A stretch of 64,000 bases of DNA from an uncultured Eubacteriales bacterium (lineage in GTDB: Bacteria > Acidobacteriota > Aminicenantia > Aminicenantales > Saccharicenantaceae). The notes under the pieces are model-generated. The model was not told the origin of the DNA. It made no database searches and was given only the letters and a program-made list of their open reading frames with translations. The stretch spans positions 1,513 through 65,512 of the forward strand of contig CAYREO010000016.1 in NCBI GenBank assembly GCA_964423315.1. The letters are read 5' to 3'. The position numbers and the translations under genes are program-made. Of this stretch, positions 36,566 to 46,708 are shown in pieces. Numbering within the stretch: the stretch's first letter is position 1; the number at the start of each line of letters is the position of its first letter.

Positions 36566-39091
36566 TCACCTCAGATCGAGGAAATAGTCCCCGTTCTTGA
36601 GGTCCCAGGAGGGCGAGAAAAAGCCCATCGCCCTGGCGGCGGACCACCCGTACCCGGCCAGCTCCCGCCCGGCGACCACGAAGTCCGGGGTGCTCATCCT
36701 CTTGTCGATCGGCTGGATCCGGACGATGTCTTTTTCCATCCTCATCGTCGTCCCCGCGTAGATGGCCATCAGCCTCGAGGGGTTGAGAGGATTGGGATAG
36801 ACCATGGCCACACCCAGGTCCTTCTCCTCCAACGGCTGACCGTCGAAAATTACCGTGTCGCCCTCGATCCTCAGGGGGAGCTCGGCGGAGACCCGGGCCG
36901 TCATCGAGTTCCTCTCGGGAGACCCGAAGAGGATGAGGTTGAAATCCCGAAGCGTGGCGTCCTCGACATCTCGGTCGGCGACGATGCGGATGAAGCCGTT
37001 GGCCCAACGCCAGAACCTCCGGGCGTATATGCGGGCGTTGTTCAGAAGGGCCTCAGTCTCCTCGGGGCTTCCCTGGGTGCCGTAGACGAGAACGGCGGGC
37101 TTATAGAAAGCGTTCCGCAGAGGGCCCGACAGGTCCGGGGTCTTGCGCAACCCCGGCCCCGGATCGGGACCCAGGACGACTTTGCGGTTCGGTGGGATGG
37201 TCACCCGGCTCTCCCGGCCGTTCCAGTCCACAGAGACCTCCGAGCCCCGGATTAGGGCTTCCGGTAGATGGAGCTCCAAGCGCGAGACATTCTTGGTCTT
37301 CAAGAGGATGCTCCCTCCGCGGACCTCGGCTCGGATGGGCGTCAGATCGAAGGCCCGCTCCTGCTCGAGGACCCGGACCCAATAAAACGTATCGTTGACG
37401 CCGATGTCGATCATCCGGACGTCGAACTCTTCCGGGAATTCCAATCGCCGCTGCTTCTCCAGGAAGCCGATGACCTCGGGATGATCGATGCAGACCGCCC
37501 ATAGGCGTCCCTCCCCCTCGTCGATCCTGGGCTCGAACCAGAAATGGGGCCTTCCCGGGACTTCCAAATACCGGAACGGGATGCCGAGATCCCGCACCCG
37601 GGCCTGAAAGAGGCGAGGATTGATGGGATAGACGACGTTGTCGCTGCCCCCATGGATCATGTAGAGGGGTATGAGCCGCGCGTTCTCGGCGTAACCCAGG
37701 AGGTGCCGATCAAGGGACATCCGGGCCATCATCCCCCGGATGCCTGGCGCCGCATAAATGTGGCTTCGGCCGAGGTGGGGCGACGATAGGACCATCGGGG
37801 ACGCATAGGACGCTTCGGGCGCCGACGCCGCGAACTTCGAGGGGAACATCAGGGCGTGATAGAGGCTTCCGTGGCCCCCCATCGAGGCCCCGGTCAGGCA
37901 GACCCGGTCGAGATCGATCCTGTGCCGGTCAGCGACCTCATCCAGCACCTCATGAAGGTCGATCTGCCCCCAGGCGTGGTACTCGAGACCCCACGGCCGG
38001 CGGTCGGTCGTGGCCACTACGAAGGCCCAGTCCTTGTTGTCGTGGGCCTCGGCCATGATGAGGCCTTCGTCCCCCGAACCATGGAGGGAGAACAGTATCC
38101 CATAGGATTTCAGGGGATCGTAGTGGCGCGGATAGCGGATGGCGTAGTACTGGACCGAACCGTCGATCCGCGACAGGAATGTCACCTTGTGCGGCTGCCG
38201 CCGGTCCTTGGCCCGCAGGGACGCTTTGAAGAGCGTCAGGGTCCGTGGGCCGTCCTTGACGAGGATGGTCAGCTCGTGGCCGTCCGCTTCGGCGGGCAGC
38301 GCTTCGGCCTGAGACAACGGCAGGGGGACCTTCATGACCGATAACGGCGCCAGGGGCGGGACGGCTGATTCCGTCCTCCGGAACAAGCCGTCGCCCTCAA
38401 TGACCACCTTGAGACCCTTCTGCCACTTGTCTGTCGTGTTGACGATCGGGACGCCCATGTGCGATGACAACCGTTCGTCCCTCAGGATATCCGGCCGGGT
38501 GAGATCATCCAGGATCTGGACCGGCGACTCCGCCTTCCGTACAGAGCAGCTGAAGCTGGGATCCCCGGATCCGCGGAACTTGAGGAGGAGGCGGTTTTTG
38601 CCCGGGCGGAGGATTACCGGCACGCCGTTGTACCCGAAACCGTAGAATTCCCCGTCCATGCGCACTCCGTTGACCCAGAACGTCGGGACGCTCCTGGTGA
38701 AGACGAGGACGGCGGTCCTGTCCTTGACCTCCAGTTCGGCATGCGCATAGCCGACATTCATATAGCCTTCCGAGCGGCTGTCAGATCCATAGCGTTGGTG
38801 GAGAAAGGCCCAGTTCGTGTTCGGGTACTCAACCTTGACGTTCGGCCCGTCGGCCTTGAGTTCGAACCATCGGAGGACCCCCCCGTCCGGCTGGGGGGCG
38901 TAGAACACGTGGCCGGCGGACGGAACGATGGTCTCCTCCCCTCCGTGGGGAATCAGGAAATCGAGGTCCATCTCTTGGAGCCCGTCGAGGAACGGACCCA
39001 GGACCTGCCAACTTGTCACGGGGATCTCCGCCGCGGCAAGGCCGGCGGAAACCGCCAGACACAGGGCGAGAGCGATCGTCCATTTTTTCAT
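36566..39091 (-). CDS. Secreted α/β-hydrolase (S9 prolyl-oligopeptidase/esterase-like) with extra N- and C-terminal domains (tandem paralog 1)
   Basis: Start at MKKWTIALALCLAVSAGLAAA (ATG 39091, GGAGGG RBS). Nucleophile elbow LTGASMGGHG. Candidate Asp in HGGSDNVV and His in PGRPHFWF. Confidence 0.7.
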   Translation of the reverse strand: MKKWTIALALCLAVSAGLAAAEIPVTSWQVLGPFLDGLQEMDLDFLIPHGGEETIVPSAGHVFYAPQPDGGVLRWFELKADGPNVKVEYPNTNWAFLHQRYGSDSRSEGYMNVGYAHAELEVKDRTAVLVFTRSVPTFWVNGVRMDGEFYGFGYNGVPVILRPGKNRLLLKFRGSGDPSFSCSVRKAESPVQILDDLTRPDILRDERLSSHMGVPIVNTTDKWQKGLKVVIEGDGLFRRTESAVPPLAPLSVMKVPLPLSQAEALPAEADGHELTILVKDGPRTLTLFKASLRAKDRRQPHKVTFLSRIDGSVQYYAIRYPRHYDPLKSYGILFSLHGSGDEGLIMAEAHDNKDWAFVVATTDRRPWGLEYHAWGQIDLHEVLDEVADRHRIDLDRVCLTGASMGGHGSLYHALMFPSKFAASAPEASYASPMVLSSPHLGRSHIYAAPGIRGMMARMSLDRHLLGYAENARLIPLYMIHGGSDNVVYPINPRLFQARVRDLGIPFRYLEVPGRPHFWFEPRIDEGEGRLWAVCIDHPEVIGFLEKQRRLEFPEEFDVRMIDIGVNDTFYWVRVLEQERAFDLTPIRAEVRGGSILLKTKNVSRLELHLPEALIRGSEVSVDWNGRESRVTIPPNRKVVLGPDPGPGLRKTPDLSGPLRNAFYKPAVLVYGTQGSPEETEALLNNARIYARRFWRWANGFIRIVADRDVEDATLRDFNLILFGSPERNSMTARVSAELPLRIEGDTVIFDGQPLEEKDLGVAMVYPNPLNPSRLMAIYAGTTMRMEKDIVRIQPIDKRMSTPDFVVAGRELAGYGWSAARAMGFFSPSWDLKNGDYFLDLR

Positions 39092-39128
39092 GATGCCCTC
39101 CTGCTTATGGGATGCTCGTCGAAGGCCC

Positions 39129-41669
39129 TCAGTCCTCGGGCTCATCCTCATCGAGGAAATAATCCCGATTCCCAAGATCCCAGGACGGAGAGAAGAAGCC
39201 CGCTGCCCGGACGCCCGCCCACCCCCACCTGTGGATTTCTTTGCCGGCGACCAGGAAGTCTGGCAGTGAAAAATTCCTGAAGATTGGGAGGACCTTAACA
39301 GCAGCCTTCTCCATCTCGAGGCTCGTCCCCGCATAGACCGCCGCCAGCCTCTCCGGGTTGAGCGGGTTGGGATAGACCATCGCGATCATGAGGTCCGTTC
39401 CGGACAAGACCCGTCCGCCGAAAACGACCCTGTCCCCTTCGACCCGGATGGGAAGGCCCGCTGCGATGCGGGCCGTCACCGAGTTCCTCGCTGACGACCC
39501 GAAGAGGATCACGTTGAAATCGCGGATCACGGCCTCGTCAACCTCCTTGTCGGGGATGATGCGGGTGAATCCGTTGGCCCAGCGCCAGAACCGCTTGGCG
39601 AAATAGCGGGCATTGTCGAGGAGGGCTTCGGTCTCGCCGGGGGTTCCGGCCGTCCCGTAGACCAGCACGAACGGCCGGAAGAAAACGTTCTTGAGGGGCC
39701 CGTGAAGCGCGGAGGTCTTCTTGAGCGGGCCAGGCGATCCGTCACCGACGACGAGTCGCCGCGACGCAGGAATGCGGAACGGCTGCGTTCGTCCGTTCCA
39801 ATCGACGGTCACGGTGTCGGCGGCGATCAGTTCCGTCGGCAGATGGATCTCCATCTGTCGGATGTTGGTCGATGTGATCTCAAGACGGCCGTCGCCGAGG
39901 GAGGCTTCGACGCGGCTCGGGAAGAAAGACCTGAACTGCTCCTTAACGGTGATCCAATAATACGTGTCGTTGACCGAGAGATCGATGAGCCGAAAACGGA
40001 TCTCCCGGGGGAGCTTGACTCGCCTATTTTTCTCGAGGAAGGCCATGATCTCAGGGTGGTCGATACAGACACCCCAGAGCGGACCTTGGCCTTCCTCGGT
40101 TCTCGGCTCGAACCAGAAATGGGGCTTGCCCGGGAACTCGCGATAAACGACGGGATAGCCCAGGTCCCTAAGGCCGGAGACCATCAAACGGGCATGGATG
40201 GGGGGCACAACGTCATCGGCCCCTCCGTGTGTCACCATAAGGGGGAGATGAAGGGCATTTTCCAAGAAGTATGGGAGATGGGTGTCAAGGTAGAGCCGGT
40301 CGATAAGAGCCTTGACTCCTGGGTGACCGAAAACGACCCCCTTTTGCAAATGGAAGGGTGAGTAGATCTGCCGGGAGGAGTAGCCGGCCTCCGGGGCCAC
40401 GGCCGCGAAAAGATGGGGAAAAATCAACCCGTTGTACCAGGCCCCCTGGCCGCCCATGGAAGCGCCCGTCAGGATGACGCGGTCGGGATCAACGACGTAG
40501 CGGGCCTTCATCCGGGCGATGGATTCAAAGAGATCGATCCGCCCCAGGTCGTGCCAGGCGAACCCCCTTGGCCGCCGGTTGGTCGGTGCCGCCACGAAGG
40601 CCCAGTCCTTAGGATCGTGGGCCTCAGCCATGATCTGTCCCTCGTCCCCTCCCCCGTGAAGCGACATGATGAGCCCATAGCTTCGTCCCGGGTCGAACCG
40701 CCGGGGAAGGCGAACGGCGTAGTACTGGGCCGACCCGTCCGCCTCCGAAACAAAGGTCTCGCGGAAGGGCTGGTCAAGGGTTTGGACTCTCAAGGAGACA
40801 TCCCGATTTGCGAGGACCCGGTCTCCCTGAAGAATTTTGACCTTAAGGGTATGCTTCTTAGCCGCCTCGGGCACATCGGCCTTTTGCGAGAACGGGACGG
40901 GCACCTTCATGACCGAGAGCGGAGCCATAGGCGGCACAGAACAGATGCTCTCGGAGAACACGCCGTCGGAGGCGACGACGGCTTTAAGCCCCCGAAGCCA
41001 GTCATCAGTGGTATTGGCGAGGGGCAGTCCCATCACGCCATCTTTGAGGGGGTATCCGCGGACCAAGTCGGGGGTCGTCAGATCCTCCAGGATATGAATG
41101 TCGGAATCCACAGGGCGGATGACGCATGAGAAGGACGCGTCACCTTGGGAGTGATACTTGAGAAGCAACCGGTTCCTGCCGGCCCGGAAAGTGACTGGTG
41201 TGGCGTTGTGGACGTGGGTATAGAATTCTCCGTCCTGGCGGACACCGTTGACCCAGAACGTATGGGCAGATTTCACAAGGATTATGGCTCTGGTCTTCTT
41301 TTCGAATATCAGCTCGGCATAGGCGTAGCCGCTGTTGGTCAGTTCAGCCGCATCCCGCCCGAAGAGCTTCTCAAGGAACGGCCAATCCGTCGCCGGATAC
41401 CGGACTTGAACATCGGGACCCGTCGCCGGGAGATCGAACCATCGCAGAACCCCGCCGTTGGATTGGACAGAAGAGAAGATCTGATCCGGTGAAGGAACGA
41501 TGGCTTCCTCTCCTCCATGGTCAAGGAGGTAATCAACGTCGAAGTCCCTGGGCCCAGAAAGGAAAGGCCCGATCGCCTGCCACTGTTTGACGATGATGTC
41601 CTCGGCTAAAGCCAGGCCGGCGGAGAACAAGCACGAAACCGCGATGATCAAGACCCGGTGATTAAACAC
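39129..41669 (-). CDS. Secreted α/β-hydrolase (S9/esterase-like), tandem paralog 2
   Basis: GTG start with AGGAGA RBS; signal peptide (M)FNHRVLIIAVSCLFSAGLALA. LTGASMGGQG elbow, HGGADDVV, PGKPHFWF. Collinear similarity with paralog 1 throughout (for example SFSCSVRKAESPVQILDDL vs SFSCVIRPVDSDIHILEDL). Confidence 0.7.
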   Translation of the reverse strand: MFNHRVLIIAVSCLFSAGLALAEDIIVKQWQAIGPFLSGPRDFDVDYLLDHGGEEAIVPSPDQIFSSVQSNGGVLRWFDLPATGPDVQVRYPATDWPFLEKLFGRDAAELTNSGYAYAELIFEKKTRAIILVKSAHTFWVNGVRQDGEFYTHVHNATPVTFRAGRNRLLLKYHSQGDASFSCVIRPVDSDIHILEDLTTPDLVRGYPLKDGVMGLPLANTTDDWLRGLKAVVASDGVFSESICSVPPMAPLSVMKVPVPFSQKADVPEAAKKHTLKVKILQGDRVLANRDVSLRVQTLDQPFRETFVSEADGSAQYYAVRLPRRFDPGRSYGLIMSLHGGGDEGQIMAEAHDPKDWAFVAAPTNRRPRGFAWHDLGRIDLFESIARMKARYVVDPDRVILTGASMGGQGAWYNGLIFPHLFAAVAPEAGYSSRQIYSPFHLQKGVVFGHPGVKALIDRLYLDTHLPYFLENALHLPLMVTHGGADDVVPPIHARLMVSGLRDLGYPVVYREFPGKPHFWFEPRTEEGQGPLWGVCIDHPEIMAFLEKNRRVKLPREIRFRLIDLSVNDTYYWITVKEQFRSFFPSRVEASLGDGRLEITSTNIRQMEIHLPTELIAADTVTVDWNGRTQPFRIPASRRLVVGDGSPGPLKKTSALHGPLKNVFFRPFVLVYGTAGTPGETEALLDNARYFAKRFWRWANGFTRIIPDKEVDEAVIRDFNVILFGSSARNSVTARIAAGLPIRVEGDRVVFGGRVLSGTDLMIAMVYPNPLNPERLAAVYAGTSLEMEKAAVKVLPIFRNFSLPDFLVAGKEIHRWGWAGVRAAGFFSPSWDLGNRDYFLDEDEPED

Positions 41670-41712
41670 GCGTTTATCTCCTGAAAAGTTGGGTAAAAGT
41701 CAAGGCACCAAA

Positions 41713-41740
41713 AATATATCATATATCTTATAATCGTCAA
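41713..41740 (-). promoter_or_regulatory. σ70-like promoter for the tandem hydrolase genes (minus strand) overlapping ATATGATATAT motif
   Basis: On the minus strand: TTGACG-N16-TATATT. The plus-strand sequence AAATATATCATATATCTTATAAT at 41711-41733 contains the heptamer ATATCAT. Confidence 0.35.
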
Positions 41741-41925
41741 ACTAATTTTGTGAGGCAGGCCAAACAACCAGGAGATCCCGACCGACCTAGTTCCATCAAT
41801 TTCGGGTATCAACAACGGCGACTTTGTGATAAGCTTTTCCTTTAGAACAATGGCCTTGACTCTCATCGAATAATCTGTAAAGATAGAGGTCATTAATAAT
41901 ATACGATATCTGGTATACATCAAAG

Positions 41926-43185
41926 ATGAGGAAGGGTTATCTCTCGGGAGCATCGTCCGCCACCCACCCTTCTCTGTTATCCACCCTCTCATCCAATCTG
42001 CCTGCGGCGGCAGATCTCCTTATCGACCTCATCGCCATCCCTTCGACCCGGGGCCGTGAGAGCGAGGTCGGACGTGTCCTGCAGCAAAGATTGACAGGAC
42101 TGGGAAAGATCGAACTCGTTCCTATCCCCTCCTCCCTGATGAAAGACCCTGACTTTTCCTTCCGGGAATCGGCCCCTTCTTATGAAGGCACGTTCAATCT
42201 CCGAGTAACCTTGGGCGGAGGAGATGGCCGGTCGTTAGCACTGAACACCCATATGGACGTCGTACCGCCCTCCGAGGGTCAGGAATCTCCCTTTGCCGCC
42301 GTAGAGGCCGAGGGCAGGATCTATGGCCGGGGAGCGGTCGACGCCAAGGGGCAGATCGTCGTCCTCTGGCTCCTCCTCAAGACTCTCCACGATCTCCGGC
42401 TCAATCCCCTAGGGCGAGTAACCATGGACTTCGTCATCGAGGAGGAATGCGGCGGCAACGGCACTCTTGCCGTCATCCGGAACGGCATCGAGGCCGATGC
42501 GGCGATCGTTCTGGAGCCAACGGATCTCCAAGTGGTCCACCTGGTCCGCGGCGCCGTCTGGTTCACGGTCGAGGCCCACGGAAAAGCCGGCCACAGCGGC
42601 AGCCCGGGATCGACATCGAGCGCCCTGAAAAAGGCCATCCGGGCGATGCAGGCCCTGGAGGCCGTGCGGGAGAAGCTCTTGGCCGTTTCTCGAGAGGAAC
42701 TCCCTTCGCTCTCTGAACACCCGAATCCCATGCCCTGCAATTTCGGCATCCTTCATTCGGGGGAATGGCCAGCGACGGCGCCCTCGAAGGCCCTGCTGAA
42801 AGGCGTTTTCGGTTTTCTCCCGCCGTTCCGGCGAGAAGAGATCCAGAACGAATTGAGGGGCGCCCTGAAGGATCTGACGGCCGAGATCCGTTTCGACATG
42901 CTGAACAACGATCCCTCCGTCCTATCTGAGGACCACCCGTTAGTACAAGGCCTCCTGGCCGCGGCCCGGCTTGCTGGGATCGTCGCCCGGCCAGCGTTCA
43001 TGAATGCCTCGTGCGATGCCTGGCGCTATTCGGTCCAGCAGGGCATCCCGACCGTCGTATTCGGCCCCGGCTCGCTCGCGCATGCTCATTCCGCGGACGA
43101 GCATATCGTCATGGCCGATATCATGAAGGCCGCCGAGGCCCTGATGAACTTCATTGACCTGTGGTGCGGATGGACCCATGACTGA
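41926..43185 (+). CDS. M20-family metallopeptidase / deacylase (ArgE/DapE/CPG2-like)
   Basis: LNTHMDVVPP (metal-binding His-x-Asp), GRGAVDAKGQ (Asp/Lys block), VIEEECGGNG (Glu-Glu metal ligands) and SADEHI at the C-terminus. Confidence 0.8.
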   Translation: MRKGYLSGASSATHPSLLSTLSSNLPAAADLLIDLIAIPSTRGRESEVGRVLQQRLTGLGKIELVPIPSSLMKDPDFSFRESAPSYEGTFNLRVTLGGGDGRSLALNTHMDVVPPSEGQESPFAAVEAEGRIYGRGAVDAKGQIVVLWLLLKTLHDLRLNPLGRVTMDFVIEEECGGNGTLAVIRNGIEADAAIVLEPTDLQVVHLVRGAVWFTVEAHGKAGHSGSPGSTSSALKKAIRAMQALEAVREKLLAVSREELPSLSEHPNPMPCNFGILHSGEWPATAPSKALLKGVFGFLPPFRREEIQNELRGALKDLTAEIRFDMLNNDPSVLSEDHPLVQGLLAAARLAGIVARPAFMNASCDAWRYSVQQGIPTVVFGPGSLAHAHSADEHIVMADIMKAAEALMNFIDLWCGWTHD

Positions 43186-44230
43186 AACAATGCAAGCTTT
43201 AGTGAAAACGGCCCGCGGACCCGGTCTCGTCGAACTACGGGAGGTTCCCGTCCCCCACGTCGGGGACACCGATGTCCTCATTGAGGTCAAGGCCGCCGGG
43301 ATCTGCGGCACGGACCTCCACATCTTCCACGACCGGTTCCCCTACTGGCCCCCCGTCATCTTGGGCCATGAATTCGCCGGGGTCATTGCCGAGTGCGGCC
43401 GAGACGTCGAGGGCTGGGAGCCAGGCGACCGGGTCGTCGGGGAGCCCCACACCCTGGCCTGCGGGCGCTGCCGGCTCTGCCGAACGGGATATCGACAGCT
43501 CTGCCCCGACAAGCGGTCGCCGGGATGGGGCATAGACGGCTGTTTCGCCCGCTACATGCGATTCCCGGAGCCGGCCCTGCTCCATGCCATCCCCGAAGCT
43601 CTCTCTTTTGAGGAAGCGGCCTTGGTCGAGCCGGCCGCCAACGCCGTCCATCATGTCCTTGAGAGGGGCCGTGTGGACACGGCCGACACCGTCGTCGTCA
43701 TCGGGCCCGGCCCGGTCGGGCTCCTGTGCGCCATGGCGGCTAAGGCGGGCGGCGCGGGGACCGTAGTCGTGGTCGGGACTGAGGTCGACGAGGCGATTCG
43801 CCTCGCGGCGGCCCGGCGCCTGGCGGCCGTCGATCTGGTTCTGAACGCCAACCGCGACAATGTCCCCCAAACGGTCGGCGAGCTGACCGGGGGCCGGGGG
43901 GCCGATCTCGTGGTCGAAGCAAGCGGCTCCGCGCCAGGGATCGCTTCGGCCTTCGCTCTTGTGCGCAAGCTCGGCCGGATCACGGCCATTGGCTTCACGG
44001 GACGGGAGACCGTGCCGTTCCCCTACGACGCGGGGCTCTATAAGGCCGCCACCCTGGTCTTTAATATGTCCACCTCCTACACTTCCTGGGATAAAGCCAT
44101 TCACCTGATGGCGGCGAGGAAGATAGAGGCGGTCTCTTTGATCACTCACAAGGGCGGCCTCGAGAGATGGGAAGAGTTCTTCCGGGCGCTGGAAGAGAAA
44201 GACGGCCTCAAGGGCCTGTTCCTCCCATAG
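43178..44230 (+). CDS. Zinc-dependent alcohol/polyol dehydrogenase (MDR family; sorbitol/threonine-DH-like)
   Basis: MQALVKTARGPGLVELREVPVP. Catalytic Zn site GICGTDLHI. Structural Zn Cys cluster CGRCRLCRTGYRQLC. Rossmann VVIGPGPVGLL. Start overlaps the M20 stop (ATGACTGA). Confidence 0.8.
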   Translation: MTETMQALVKTARGPGLVELREVPVPHVGDTDVLIEVKAAGICGTDLHIFHDRFPYWPPVILGHEFAGVIAECGRDVEGWEPGDRVVGEPHTLACGRCRLCRTGYRQLCPDKRSPGWGIDGCFARYMRFPEPALLHAIPEALSFEEAALVEPAANAVHHVLERGRVDTADTVVVIGPGPVGLLCAMAAKAGGAGTVVVVGTEVDEAIRLAAARRLAAVDLVLNANRDNVPQTVGELTGGRGADLVVEASGSAPGIASAFALVRKLGRITAIGFTGRETVPFPYDAGLYKAATLVFNMSTSYTSWDKAIHLMAARKIEAVSLITHKGGLERWEEFFRALEEKDGLKGLFLP

Positions 44231-44265
44231 AACAACCCTGACAACGACCGGGAGAGGAGCGCAAT

Positions 44266-45609
44266 ATGACCGAAAGGACAAGCGGAGCCCTCAGGCGGGC
44301 GATCCAATGGCTGATCGGCCCCGCCATCGTCATGACCGCCGGGATCATGGGAGCCGGGTCCACCGTTTCCCTGCTGAGCTCCGGCACCTACTTTCAGTAC
44401 AGCCTTCTCTGGGCCGTCGTCCTGTCCCTGCCGGCGATCATTACCGCTCAGGACACGGCGAGCCGGATCGGGGCGACTGCCGATGTCGGGATGATGCAGC
44501 TGATCGACCGGGAGACCGTCAAAGGCCTCAAGTGGGTCATCATCATTCCCGTCCTGCTCATCGCCGTCAGCGCCAACATGGGGCAGCTGGGCGCCATGGC
44601 CTCGGCGTTGACGAATTTCATCAACCTCGCCGGCGGGCGGACGATCATTTCCGCCTCTCCCTCGACGCTCGTCAACATGCTCCTCTTCCTGCCCCTCATG
44701 ATCCTGGTCATCCTGGCCAACGCCACGGGCGGCTACAAGAGGATTGAGAAGCTCCTATTCTACCTGCTCTTCGTCGTCATCATCTCCTTCTTCATCGTCG
44801 CCGTCCAGGCCTTCGCCCATGCCAAGGAGATCCTGCTTATCCTCAAGGGCCTCGTTCCCCAGCTGCCGGCCGACCTCGCCGGAAGGGCGTCGGACGGAAC
44901 GCCAGTGGTCCGGAGCTCGCTGGTCTTCGCCGCGGCGATCATCGGAGGGGGACTGGCGTCAACGGCCATTCTGTCCTACCCCTACTTCATGAGGGAAGGC
45001 GGCTACGACCGGTCCAACATCAAGGCCGCTTTCAGGAAGCACCTCATCACCTACGGGCTCCTGTTCGGCATCTACTCGCTCATCCTCATGGTCGCCGGCG
45101 GCTATGCCCTCTACGGCCGGCCGGGCTTCGCGGGTTTTCAGGGTGCGCAGGAGATGGGCATGGCCCTGCGCGGCGTGCTCGGTCCGCTCGGGACCGTTTT
45201 CTTCTCGCTGGGGTTGTTCATCTGCGGCTTCAATACTCTGACCGTCGTTTCCCAGCTCTGCTCCTACTTCGTCCTCGACGCCTTCAACAAGAACTGGCGT
45301 TTCTCGAAGGACAACAAACTGTTCCTGGTGCCGTTCTTGACATTCATCATCGTCCCGGCCCTCATCAGCTCGTTCTGGCAGTATCCCAACATGCTCAAGG
45401 TCGTCATCGCCATGGTCATTAACACCATTGTTACGCCGCTGACCATGATCCTCTTGATCTATCTGGCCAACAAGAAGTCCCTGATGAGGGAGTTCAAGGC
45501 GTCCCCCCTACGGAACGTATTCCTGATCTATACGATGGCCCTGGCCTTGTTCGCCAGCTTCATCGCCGTCAAGGGGCTCTGGAGCCAGTTCGGCAACATC
45601 TTTTTCTAA
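44266..45609 (+). CDS. Polytopic membrane transporter, distant Nramp/MntH-like
   Basis: About 11 TM helices. N-terminal block LIGPAIVMTAGIMGAGSTVS resembles the Nramp GPGFLMSIAYIDPGN region. Otherwise divergent. Confidence 0.45.
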   Translation: MTERTSGALRRAIQWLIGPAIVMTAGIMGAGSTVSLLSSGTYFQYSLLWAVVLSLPAIITAQDTASRIGATADVGMMQLIDRETVKGLKWVIIIPVLLIAVSANMGQLGAMASALTNFINLAGGRTIISASPSTLVNMLLFLPLMILVILANATGGYKRIEKLLFYLLFVVIISFFIVAVQAFAHAKEILLILKGLVPQLPADLAGRASDGTPVVRSSLVFAAAIIGGGLASTAILSYPYFMREGGYDRSNIKAAFRKHLITYGLLFGIYSLILMVAGGYALYGRPGFAGFQGAQEMGMALRGVLGPLGTVFFSLGLFICGFNTLTVVSQLCSYFVLDAFNKNWRFSKDNKLFLVPFLTFIIVPALISSFWQYPNMLKVVIAMVINTIVTPLTMILLIYLANKKSLMREFKASPLRNVFLIYTMALALFASFIAVKGLWSQFGNIFF

Positions 45610-45648
45610 GCTTGGGCCGGGCGATGGCCCGGGAGCAAGGAGGTCATT

Positions 45649-46677
45649 ATGTCTATTCGTTTCGGCGTCATCGGGACTGGGATCATGGGTAAGGCCGTGG
45701 CCCGAGTGCTTCACCTCTTGCCCGAGGCAGAGGTCGTCGCCCTGGCCGACCCGTCCAGGGAACGCCTCGAGGAGAGCGGACGTGAGTTCAAGGTCGACGC
45801 TCTCTATGAAGATTACAAGAGGATGTTGGACAAAGGCGCCCTGGACGCCGTGGCGGTCGCCACTCCGGACGACTTTCACACCGCGCCCGTCATCGACTCC
45901 CTGAGCGCCGGCTGTCACGTGTTCGTCGAAAAGCCGCTGACGACGAACCAGCAGGACGCCGAGAGGATCTACACGGTCGTCCGCAAGACGGGCAAGAAGC
46001 TCCAGATCGATTTCAATCACCGGTGGCTCTCCCCTTACCATAAGGTTAAGGAGATGGTCCTCGGTGGTCAGATCGGTGAACCGCTCATGGCCTTCGCCCG
46101 AAAGAACAACCCGCTGCATGTCCCGACGGAGATGATCGGGCCCTGGTCCAGCCGGACAACACCGGCCTGGTTCCTCTCGTCACACGACATCGATCTCGTC
46201 ACCTGGTGGTTCGACGCCGATCCCGTCGAGGCCTATGCCAAAGGCATGAAAAAGGTCCTCGTGGAGCGGGGCTTCGACACTTACGACGGGATCCATTCGC
46301 TCGTGACCTACGAGGGCGGCCGGTTCGCCACCTTTGAAGCCGTCTGGATCTATCCCAACACCAGCCCGTACATGCCGGACTCCTTCATGGAGCTGGTGGG
46401 CTCAAAGGGGACCCTACAGCTCGACCGTCAGGCCGAGGCCATCGACGCCATCATCGAGGAAAAATTCGTCTGTCCCCGGACGTTCTTGAATTATAAGGTG
46501 TTCGAATCCTGGCAGGGTGCGTTCCCCGCGGCCATCAAAAGCTTTTGCCGCGCCATTCTCGAAGACACGGAGCCTCACGTCAGCGTTCGAGACGGGGTCC
46601 GGAGCAGTGCGGTCCTCGAAGCCATCCACAAATCGCTGAAATCGGGAAGACCGGAGCCCATCAAGCTCAACATATGA
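45649..46677 (+). CDS. Gfo/Idh/MocA-family oxidoreductase
   Basis: IRFGVIGTGIMGKAVARV Rossmann motif. LDAVAVATPDDFHTAPVIDSLSAGCHVFVEKP consensus. Confidence 0.85.
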   Translation: MSIRFGVIGTGIMGKAVARVLHLLPEAEVVALADPSRERLEESGREFKVDALYEDYKRMLDKGALDAVAVATPDDFHTAPVIDSLSAGCHVFVEKPLTTNQQDAERIYTVVRKTGKKLQIDFNHRWLSPYHKVKEMVLGGQIGEPLMAFARKNNPLHVPTEMIGPWSSRTTPAWFLSSHDIDLVTWWFDADPVEAYAKGMKKVLVERGFDTYDGIHSLVTYEGGRFATFEAVWIYPNTSPYMPDSFMELVGSKGTLQLDRQAEAIDAIIEEKFVCPRTFLNYKVFESWQGAFPAAIKSFCRAILEDTEPHVSVRDGVRSSAVLEAIHKSLKSGRPEPIKLNI

Positions 46678-46708
46678 GCCCGCCGCTTCGGGGAAAAGGA
46701 GGTTCGTC

